Part shown: one piece after another, positions 25,101-37,100 of the stretch
Layout: each line of letters opens with the position of its first letter
How positions within the stretch are numbered: position 1 is the first letter of the stretch
NCBI GenBank assembly: GCA_951406725.2
Contig: OX597815.1
Location: forward strand, 175,026,001-175,090,000
Origin: Octopus vulgaris
Taxonomy: Eukaryota
Length of the DNA stretch: 64,000 nt
Direction: 5' to 3'
Notes under the pieces: generated by a model
Databases searched by the model: none
Told to the model about the DNA's origin: nothing
Seen by the model: only the letters and a program-made list of their open reading frames with translations
Position numbers and translations under genes: made by a program

Positions 25101-28100
25101 CACTCCGAGAGTGTAGTGGGTGCTTTTTACGTGCCACTGGTACAGGGCCAGTCAGAGGGTACTGGCATTGATCATGTTCAGATGGTGCTTTTTACGTGCC
25201 ACCAGCACGGGAGCCAGTCAAGGGTTACTGGCATCGACCACATTCAGATGGTTCTGCCACTACCTGTCATATATTGAGGAGTGGCACAAATTGTAGATCT
25301 GTTGGTATTTAGTTTGTCCCATTTCATTCATCATCATCACTGCCACTTTTCAATGATTGCAGAGGTTGGAGGAAATTGATAGATATTCTATGGCTGGACG
25401 CCCTTTCTGTTGCCAACCCTCACCCGCCTTCCAATTAAGGTGATATTTCCCCCACCTCCAGGGCCAGACATGTCTTCACAAAAGATTGGAAAGGAAGGAC
25501 ACTGTATGTTCACAACCATCACAAAATGGTGAGAAAAGGAGACACTGACACTAATACTTCATCTCCACCATCTTTTCTCCCTTTCCTGCTGGGTTTGCCA
25601 TGTATCTTGTCTACAGCTCTCAAAACTGTTCCTCTTCTCTCCTATCACACACAAAACTACCTCCTTCAACTCAGTCAAGAGGTCTTGTCATGCAACTCAG
25701 TCTTGGTCACCTCACTCAGGTTGGTGCCTCAAAAAATCCCCTTAACACACTCTACAAACTTGTCATCCAGCTGTAGAAAGCTTGCCAATGCAGACATCGG
25801 GGCCCGACACAGCTCTCTGGCTCTCCAGAACCTGTTGAACCATCCTACCCATACTAGCTAAACGATTATACAGTCATCATCATAATCATTTCAAGATTCT
25901 TAGTGGTCCTCCAACTCCTGTTAGACTAACTCATGGCAGCAGGATTTGATGAGTTGGAAGACCATATCATGTTCCAGTATCATTGTTTCTTATAGCTGGA
26001 TGCCCTTTCTAAAGCAAACTACTTTACAAAGAATGGGTTTCTCCTTGCCTTCATGTGTGTGCTCTGATTGTAAACAAAAGCCTCACCCTGCATGTAGTCT
26101 CTCTCTTTACTCTCTTTTACTTGTTTCAGTCATTTGACTGCGGCCATGCTGGAGCACCGCCTTTAGTCGAGCAAATCGACCCCGGGACTTATTCTTTGTA
26201 AGCCCAGTACTTATTCTATCGGTCTCTTTTGCTGAACCGCCAAGTGACGGGGACGTAAACACACCAGCATTGGTTGTCAAGCAATGCTAGGGGGACAAAC
26301 ACACACACACACACACACACATACACATATATATATATACATATATACGACAGGCTTCTTTCAGTTTCCGTCTACCAAATCCACTCACAAGCCATTGGTC
26401 GGCCCGGGGCTATAGCAGAAGACACTTGCCCAAGATGCCACGCAGTGGGACTGAACCCGGAACCATGTGGTTGGTTAGCAAGCTACTTACCACACAGCCA
26501 CTCCTGCACAAAAGCAGATCCAGGTTGTTTGATATTCAATAGACTTCGGAATTATTAGCTTGCTTGGAGACAGCTGAGGAGCATCTGGCCATAGAAAATT
26601 TTACTTCAGTGTAGTCTAGTTTCAGTTATGCAAATGTTGGAGGGTCAACATTAAAATGATGAAGAGGAGGATTATATATCTATACCATCATCATTTAATA
26701 TCCAAACTCTGATGCCACATAAAATGCACCCAATACACTCTATAAAGCGCTTGGCAGTAGGAAAGGCATCCAGCTGTAGAAACCATGGTAAAATAGACAA
26801 TTGAAGCCCGGTGCAGTGCTATGGCTTGTCAGCTCCTGTCAAACCATCCAACCCATGCCAGCATGGAAAGCAGATGATGATGGCATGGGTTGGATGAATA
26901 ACAGGATCTTATGAGTTAGGTGATTGCATCATGGCTGGATGCCTTTACCAATACCAGCCACTTTACAGATTGTACTGGGAGCAGATTCCATGGCAAAATC
27001 TTGCCTCAACATTTGTGAGATTAAGGGCTTAAAGTGACTCCTGTAACTAAAGGAGAATAGGAGAGAGACTATCCAATGATTCTAGGAAGTGTTAAGGGAG
27101 GATAAGAGGAGGATATGAATATGTAGTTGCAATAGAGTGATGGGGATAAGGTAACAGCAGATAGTGAGGTAGGGACTACCTGGGGAGGGAAGAAGCATGG
27201 CAGGGAACAGAGGAAAGGAGTTAGTGATAAGTTATTGAGGAAAACAGAGTGAGTTAGAGGCCTAAAAGCTATTTTTCAGTATAAAAGTGATTAAGGATGG
27301 AAGGTGTGCAAGAAGAGAGCAATAGATTAGGAGGAGTCATTAAAGGGAACAGGTGGAGGGTCATGGAGGGGAGGGATACAGAGAAAATGTGGGAGAAGAA
27401 GTGTGCGTGTATGCAATGAGAGGAAAAGATGTGGAGGGCAGTGTAGAGGTTCGAGTAGGGCAGTGTGTGGCTAAATGTGGAGGCAGTGGAGAGAAACAAC
27501 AAGTAGGTAGGTGGAGGGCATCGTAGATGTGTAAGGGCTGGTAATAAAATAAAAGATATTGAGTGGTAATAGAGTAAGCCAGGAGAGAAGAGAGTGTGTT
27601 GTGTGAGTGATGAACAGACGGGAGCCATTGTGGAGGAGTGTGTCAGGTGTAGTTGAGAGCAAAGATACATCATCAACATGTTTTATTGTTTGTCTTCCAT
27701 GGAGTAGATGCTTTGACTAGATTCAAGGACTGCATCATACTCCAATGTCTTCTTAGGCATGAGTTCTTATGGGCTGGATGCCTTTCCTAGTGCCAACCAC
27801 TTTTCAGAGTGGACTGGTGCTTTTACATAACACCTGCACTAACGAGGTTATCGTGCAATTTGCAAGGCTATGATCCCTTTCAAGTGAGTGGGGCAACAGT
27901 AGAAAGGGAGGGATAGTTTTATGTTAGATGAAGAAAAATTAGCATGTGAAGGAAGGGGCCAGAACAGAACCTGTTTCTTACTGTAGAGGAAATACATGGC
28001 TACCTCACATTATACAACAGTTGATGAGAGAAATCAGTGTGGAGCAAGAAAGAGAGATAAGGTTGGTGGCGACAAGGTGTCAGGGTGGGCCCTGACACAG

Positions 28101-31100
28101 GTGCCATTTGCTTGACCCCAGCATCAGCCATGACTGCATTTTCACTTGGCATGATGAGTCTTCTCTAGCACAGCATATCGCCAAAGGTCTCAGTCAGTAG
28201 TCATTGCCTCTTTAAGGCCCAGAGTTTGAAGATCATGTTTCACTACATTGTTCCATGTCTTCCTGGGTCTACCTCTACCACAGGTTCCCTCCACAGTTAA
28301 AGATCAGCACTTAATTTACACAGCTATCCTCGTCCATGCACGTCACATGACCATTCTAGCACAGTTGTCTCTCTTGCACACCATATCTGATGCCTCTTTT
28401 GCCCAACATTTCTCTCAAGGTTGTAGTAGTTAATGCTAGCTGTTGTATTTAAAGGTGTATAGATGTTATAGGCATGTGTATGCCTTTGAAGTAAACAAAG
28501 GAATGACTTCGCTTCATCGTAACAAATAATTTATTGACTGGATTTAAATTGTGTTGTTAATATACATACTTCACCACTACATATAAATATTTACAACTGC
28601 TATGAGTTGTTAGATAAATAAAAAGGGTCACATTTGTAGAGGTGACGTGTTAGAACTGAATTTGTTTTGTTATGTGTCTGTGTGTACGTTTGTTCATCTT
28701 GGGAAGTAGACTAGGAGTCTTTCAGTTGTAACATCCAATAACCTTCCTCTCTTGCGAGTCAAGACTCTCTGTCGCACTGTGGGAAATCTATGTTTTCTCT
28801 TTGCTAAAAACCCGGTATTTATAAGAACCGAGACAGCTAAAAAGATAGACATGTACCTAACTAGGCTGACATGGCTGAGGTCGTAGGTCAAAGGGAGATG
28901 ATCATTCACTTTTTGACAGGACAAAGAAAACCTTTTTTCGCGCCTGTTGATTGTGTTGGCTTGAACGAGCGAGAATCCTTAGATTTGGTTTCGAATCTAA
29001 GCTTGGAGAAGGAAGTGTTGATTTTTACATGGTTCACACACTCTGTCAAACATGCACACTGACTTTCACATCCAGCAAAGTATACTGGCTTCATTTCTAT
29101 CAAGCCTGTACATGTCTTCAGCTGCCATAGCCCATGTTTCACTGCTGTGTAGCATAGCTGTTTATACACAGGCATCATACAATCTGCCTTTCACTCTATT
29201 GCCAACGGAGATAGGAGCTCTCTGAACTTTGCCCAGTCTATTCTAATTTTAGCAGCTACTCTATCAGAACATCCACCTCCACTACTGACTTGGTTACCTA
29301 GATAATGGAAGCTATCAACTACCTCTAGCTTACCCCACTGGCATTTGATGCAGTCTATTTTCTGTACATTTTTGGTGTTTATTGTACTTGTGCATCTTCC
29401 ACACACAAAAGCTAGTTTCCCTGTTCACCTTCCTCTGACATTGCTGCACCTCTTATAGTCCATAGTCTACACCGGGTACATCTTATGGAGTTTCTACCTA
29501 TGCCTTTTCTACAGATCAAGCAGGGCTGTCTACCCGAAGAGATTTGTGATTTGTCTGCCTTCCTACTTACTAAGACTTTGATTTTTGCTTGGGTAACTCT
29601 AAGGCCCTTTGATTCTAAACTTTGTTTCCATACTCGGAACTTCTTGTCTAGTTCTGGTAGTGATTCAGCTATAAGAACAAGGTCATTGGCGTTGAGGAGC
29701 TCCCAGGGGCAGCCTGTCTTAAATTCCTCTTTTGTTACCGGAGGACTATGATGAACAAGAAGGGGCTGAAGATTGATCTTTGAACTCCTACTTGTACCCT
29801 GAATTTTTCGTTGTACTTGTTGCCAACCCTCATCTTACTGGTAGCGTCCCTGTACATGGCTTGTACAGCTCTCCTGCTACGATAAAATTATTAGAAGGGA
29901 GTCCTGTGTGGCTGATGTAGGAATGGTTATTATCTTGGCCACTATTGTTAACTCCACCATTCTTACTGTTGCAATTGCCTGTACCTTGCCATGACAGCAG
30001 CAGTAGCCCTCATTTGGTTAGCACCTCTACTGTTGCAGTCTCTATTCTTGTGGCAACCCTTTGTAGCCATGGCAACAGTGTAGCCTTTATTGTTATGGAC
30101 AGAATTAAGTTAAGTTTGCTAGTTCTGCTCCTTCTATTGTGTAGTATTATTAAATGTTGTTTAGTTTTGACTTTTGCTTTGTACTTGAGACAGTCACAAA
30201 TACCTGAGGGTTGGGGAGGATTGTAAGAGGAAGAGAAGCAGCTTGGTGGACACATGGCCAAATACCACTATTCTGTAAATAGGTTCAGGAGATGCTGGAG
30301 ATCAACAATGGAACAGTCACACCCCTGTGCAATAACAAAGAAGTGGCCACACCCACGTGGTCAGCACAGGTCAGATATGTGTTTAGTATGACAGCAATCA
30401 ATGAAGGCAGTGGGAAACCTCTTCTGTTTTAATTACCAATAGAAAAAATAATTATATACATATATACACACACATATGCACCGTTGAATTTTTGTTTTCA
30501 TTTTACAAATTTTGCTATGATTTACAGTTTCCATAATTGTGCAGTTTGTAAATATTGACAGTTGCCTATTTCCTGCATTTGTTATCAGTTCTGGAAAGTG
30601 TTTGGAGATGCTACAATTTTTTGTGGTTATGAAAGAAGGATGTTTGAGAGGCTGGGAGAAATTAAAGGATTGTGTACTCACAGAGTCATTTATTTTGAAA
30701 TTGCTAAAATTAGATAGTTGGAGTCATTTAAGAGTGTTCTTGCAATAAAAAGGAGGTTTACATATTCATATGGTCGTGTATTATTATCATCATCATCATC
30801 ATCAAGGCGGTGAGCTGGCAGAATCATTAGCATGCTGGACAAAATGCTTTGTGGTATTTCACCTGTTGCTACATTCTAAGTTCAAATTCTGCCAAGGTTG
30901 ACTTCGCTTTCATTCTTTCAGGGTTGATAAAATAAGTACCAGTTACACACTGGGGTCGATGTAATCGACTCATCCCCTCTCTCAAAATTGCTGCCCTTGT
31001 TACTTATTTTGTTACTGCCCTTATTACTATTATCATTATTTTTATTATTATTATTATATTATTATTGTTATTATTTCAGATCTTTTTTCTCGAGTGGTGA

Positions 31101-34100
31101 AGACCAGTCCCCAACTTCTGTTAAATTCTGACAAGAAACTGACAACTATATTTGATCATTTACCAACTTTGCCACCGAAAACAGCTGCCAGTTTGTTAGA
31201 TATCCTGCAACCTATCTTGAAATTTAGTAGAACTTTACGGGATACACTCATGTTGCTGTTACGTAAATCTATGTTCTCCAAGTGAGTAGTATTGTTGTTG
31301 TTTTTCTTGTGGCAATCAATGGCAGAATCATTAAAGTGATGGCAAAATAATAATAATAACTCCAAATTTTGGCACAAGGCCGGCAATTTTGGAGGTAGTG
31401 GGTAAGTCAGAAACATTGACCCCCAATGTTCAATTGGTACTCATTTTATCGACCCTGAAGAAATGAAAGACAGTCAACTCGAATGAAATTTGAACTTGGA
31501 GCATAAAGACTAATAAATTGCTGTTAAGCATTTTGCCCAGCATGCTAACAATTCTGCCAGCTCACTGCCCTGAGTGACAGTAACAAGATCGGTTTGTGTT
31601 CTTTGTTCAAATCCAAGACTGACGTTCAGGGCTTGATAAAATAAAGTACTAGTCAAGTACTTGGGTTGATGGCACCAATTTACTCTCTTCCTTCAAAATT
31701 ACTGGCCCTGTGCCTACATTAGAAAGAACAATTATTATTATTATTTACTTTATTGTTGCTTTGTTTTATACAATTTGTTCCAAGTCTCACCCAGGGACCT
31801 CAAGAAACAAGTTAGGTGTTTTATTGTGGATATTATTTATGAGTAACATTGTATTTTCAGGAAAGGGGGCTGAGAATTAGGGTTTCATTAAAAGCTTGTA
31901 ATATTTCCGATTTTAAAAGACAGTGGTTTTCTCTGAGAATAATTTTCTGTAACTCTGATACTTTAGGGTTTCCTGGTATTTGGCCATAGTGTTTAAGAAT
32001 GCCAATTGGTATTGACCCTAAAGCTCTGATGATCACAGGTACAGTTGTTGTTCACAGACTCCACATTTTTGAGACCCCTATTTCAAGGTTCTTGTATTTA
32101 CTTAACTTTTCAAATGTTTTAAACAAGTGTTGCTATCTGCTGGGATTCACGTATCTATGATCAAATGAGTTTTCTGATTCTTCATCACAATTTCTGCTCC
32201 ATTGGCCTGAATAAATCAATCAGTTTAAATACTAAAGTCCTAAAGAATGCTAATGTATTTATTTTCTGCTACTTTGGTAGGCTTATGTGTCCCCACTGGT
32301 TCTCATACAGGAGTCAAAACTGACAGCATATGATGCAGTGGAAACACTGACCGCTCTTTTCGCAAGTGGTGAAGTCTAGTCCCCAAGCTTATGGCAATCA
32401 ATATAATCATTTGAGGCCAACATAGAGTAGCTAGAGATGAGAGCTGGAAGTGTGTGTGTGGGGGGTCAATTGGTTCTCTTGTGGTACCACAAAAGAGGCA
32501 GGAATGATCTGCATCATTTTTAAGAATGTTGGTTTGGTAATTTCTAGAGGACAGAACACTGCTATGCTGAAGCCCTCTTTTTCTGATTTAAGGATTAAGT
32601 CCAGATACAGCCAGCCACTGATGCTTCATGTTTGTATCAATATCAGGATTTTTATACAGTTAATTCCCAATTTGTGCAGTTTTTCTGGTATGTCTAATTT
32701 CCCTTCATATACTCTATTCATCTAATAGCATTCAATCATCATCATCATTTAATGTCCGCTTTCCATGCTGGCATGGGTCAGATGATTTGACTGATGACTG
32801 GCAAGCCAGAAGGCTGCACCAGGCTCCAATCTGATTTGGCAAGGTTTCTATAGCTGGATGCCCTTCCTAATGCCAACCACTCCAATAGTGGAGTGGGTGC
32901 TTTTTACATGCCATCAGCATGGGGGCCAGTCAGGCGGCACTGGCAAAGACCATGCTCAAAAAGAGCTTTTTATGTGCCGCTGGCACGGGAGCCAGTCAGG
33001 CAGCACTGACAATGACCATGCTCGAATAGTGCTTTTTACGTGCCACCTACACAGGAGCCAGTCGGGTGGCACTGGCATCATCCATGACAAAAAATTCATT
33101 TGATTCAACAGGTTTTCTCAAGCACAGTTTATTGGGCCGGTTATACTACACTGGCATAGGCCATGGTTACAGTCTCACTTGGCTAGCCGGGTCTTCTCAA
33201 GCACAGCATATCTCCAAAGGTCTCGGTCATTTGTCATTGCCTCTATGAGGCCCATTGTTCGAAGGACATGCTTCACCACCTCATCCCAGGTCTTCCTTGG
33301 TTTACCTCTTCCACAGGTTCCCTCCATTGTTAGGGTGTGACACTTTTTCACACAGCTGTCCTCATCCATACTCAATAAATATATTTAGAATAATAGCAAA
33401 CATCCCAAAACAATGTTAGAATTGCTTAAGAAATCAGATGTTGACTGAACCATATAAAAGTCCTCTTTTTTATTGTATACTAGCTTAAAATCCACACTCT
33501 ATGTGGAGCTTTTGCTAGATCCTGCGAAGGGCTAATTGAAATACTAAAGAGATGTAAATAATATGTCTATAATGAATATATACCCTGGTGGTGTTTGATC
33601 AGAGGTTATGGACAGATGAGATTTAATTCTGTAATGCAATCATTCTATTGTTCCAGTCCCAAGTTGAATTTCAACTGTTGGCCAATTTGTCCCAAAGTTC
33701 TTATCTCGACGTAAAAGTAACAAAGTGAATGTCATTTATGTCGCCCTTGATCTCTGATGTCATCTGACAAACGCCAACCAAGATGGTATGAATCAGCTAA
33801 GTTTTACCTGCTACAAATAGCAACCCAAATACTTTTAAATCAGATTCCAATGCTGGATGTTCATGAACTAAATGAAGGGTAGATTTTCAATCCTAGGATC
33901 ATCCCGAATCCAAAAACTATGTCTATTTAGAGCAAATGTAGAATGAGATATTCAGGGGTCACGGACACACAGACAGAATTTTACTTTTATTAATATAATT
34001 ATAAATATCAGAAGATTTCCTAACTTTGCATGATGGAGAACTGGATTGCATACCTAGGACATACTAGGAAGGAAAAAATCATTGAAAAACTTGCTGTAAG

Positions 34101-37100
34101 TTCAAATAATTGCGATAAGTAATTATTTGCCTTGCGTTACTTTTCCATTGATATATATATATACACATACATACATACATACATACATACTTATTTATTT
34201 ATTTATTTATTTCACTATTAATAACTTATACAAACAGGCAATTTCAAATTTTTTAAATTTCCCATTCATGATATGAACTACAATAATATGAGCAGTGGTC
34301 TTAGCTAAGGAATTAGCTATCAGAAATTATAATAGATGGCATGTTATAGTCCTTATCATGTACTGTAACTGTTTCGATAATGTTTTTTTTTTTTAAACAT
34401 TGTGCTCAACAATTAAATACTTTAGATAATTATATATATAAGTAAATTGAAACCACTTTTCTTTAAAATCACCCAAAGGGTACTTTGAATCAACATAAAG
34501 TATCTTGAAAACAACATTTTGATTTTAAAAAAAAAATCTTAAAATTAGAATTTGTAAGAATTTTCTAGACAGTGATGGCTTTAATAATTGCTTTCATTTA
34601 GCAAAAGTTACCTACTTCAAACTATTTAATGAGCAACTTTTATTATTATAGAGTAGATGACTCAACTTTATATATCTCATTTCCATAAAGTGCTTTTCTA
34701 TAAGGTTTTTATTATGTTATTTTATAAACACGTATCTATATTTATGTAGATGTGAGTGAGTGTTATTAGCTGTTGATTTTGTGCTTGCCAGATTCTGTGT
34801 TGTGCCATTATTAAATGTGCATAGATGCTAGTTTCTAGGAAATGGGTCCTATTTTAAGAATTATTGTCAGCCAGCAATAAAATCTTCTCTGGTCTTTGTT
34901 ATATTTTCTGGAATTTTTTAGGTTTAGGTGAATTTGAAATGATCAGACTTAAAATCAAAGATATTCCAGCTCTAACCAACAAATCTCATTTTCAGAAATA
35001 GACTTAATCTGTCAAGGGCCACATATAATGTATCATCCCCTTCCCAACACAGTAGAGTATGATTTCAAAGAGAGTCAGCTAATATTTTTAGCAGGTTACT
35101 TACCCATTACATGGTTGTCTTGTAAATTTTTCCATCTCTATTGTCTGACAGATTTTTCACTTTATCACTCAGTTTTCTTTTCCTTCTCTGTTAAACCAGT
35201 TTTGTTATTAATATACTTCCAGGACCATTTTATGAATAGTTTTTCTTTTTTGTTTGATTTTTTTTAGTACTGTATTTATCTTATATTTTATCCTCATTAG
35301 AATTTTTATTTTTTAATGTTAATTAATTTATGGATCTCAATCCTCTTTCAGACATCTAAATGCAAGGAAAGTGAGTGCCAGAGGGTTCTTGATGATTTTG
35401 AAGCAGTTCCGTATTGTTGGCAGTGTTCCTTGTAGCCAGATGAATCAGACATTTTCTTTGAGTCAAGTAAAGTATTATTTCATAATTTTCATGCACTTTT
35501 ACCACATTTATTAGAAAATAATCAACCAAAAACAAATAAAATCATGTGATGACAAAGGACCAAGACAACCGGTGATCTGCTGTGCTTGAAAAGACTGGCC
35601 CAGCTGAGTAAAATCCAGGATCTAAGGACATGTCTTTTGTCTGTGCCTCCCCACAACACCTCCCCTCTTTCACCAACTTCCTCTCACTACTGCTGTGTTC
35701 TCCTCCCTCCATTCTCCCTCACACTAGATATGGCCCTCTTGAATCTTTCTCCCACAACATATCCTCCTAATACCCCTCCCCCTACTTGTGCCCACTCATT
35801 ACATTCCCCCACTCCATCTCCCACTCTCCTAATCTTGTGAACTCCTCTCACGCACCCACTCATCCTCTCCATTCCCCACTTCACTTAATACACCTTGTAA
35901 CTTGGGTGTATGACCCCTGCCTCCTCCCCATCACATCTTCCCTCTTCTCTCTTCCCACCTGAGGTAGCCATGTTTCCCCTCTAATGCAAGACACCCTTTC
36001 TATCCCTCATTACTACTACCCCTCAGTTGAAGGGTCTTGCCCTGCAAGTTACTCAAATTCTGTTTTTGCAGGGATTCTATGGCCGGATGCCCTTCCTAAT
36101 GCCAACCACTTTTTTATAGAGTGTGAACTGGAATGCTTTTTACATGGCACCATCGTGAGTGAGGTCTGGGGATAAACGTGGGTCAGTGAGGTGATGGGTG
36201 ACTGCACGGACGGTGTGAAGTGTGTGGAGATGGGGTACAAAAGGGATGCTCAGTGCTAGGGATGGAAATAGTCGGGGACGAACTGCCACTGGCAGAATGA
36301 GAGGGTGTACAGGGGAAGGTGGGAGGTGAAAGAGGTGTTCAGTAGAAAATAATGATAGAATGCAAGAGACAAAGCAAGCAATTTCAGGGAGGGTGAGTGG
36401 GGAGCACAAAAAGGAGGTAATGAGATATGTGCTGGTCTGTTGTCATCTAATTATAGTAGCTGAGTGATGGAGGGGTGTGTATTAGGAAGATGAGTTATAA
36501 GAGAGAGATTTGTTGGGGACATAGACACAAATAATATGCTTTTAGGGCAGGCCCTTTTTTAATGAAATGGACAGGTCTTGGGCATAACAAGTTACCCATC
36601 ATCTTGAACCTTTGTCACCTCCTTCTTGGGGCTCGACATCTGTAGTTTGGTCTTCACTATTTTGTCTTGTGTTTTCCTGGCTCTTCCTCTCCTGCAGGCT
36701 TCATCCAAACTCAGTAATCATGCAGCTCTCCTCATCCACACATGTCACATAATCATACTAGCACTGATTCCTGTTATGCCTAATTTTTCTCTCAGCACAT
36801 TTGCAGTTTGTCATACATGCACACTGACATTCAGCAAAGCATGCTAGCTTCATTTTTTTCTAACCTTTGCATGTCCTTTGCATTCATGGCCCACATTTCA
36901 CTACCATATAACATAGCTTTTCATACCCAATAATCACACAAATCTGCCTTTCACTCTGAAGGAGAGGCCCTTTGTTACCAACAGATTTTGTATAAAAGTA
37001 TTTGCCATTTTTCTGTTATAAAAAGTTGCTTTAATTCTTTTATTCATTTTTTTTAATATTGTCAGGAGAAAAGAGAAAACCCAAAAAGAAATATGGTGTT

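Noticed and set aside
27050-27680. Purine-rich tract and 136-aa minus-strand ORF
   Set aside because: Low-complexity GA-rich sequence gives stop-poor antisense frames; similar tracts occur at 1-230 and 35640-36520.
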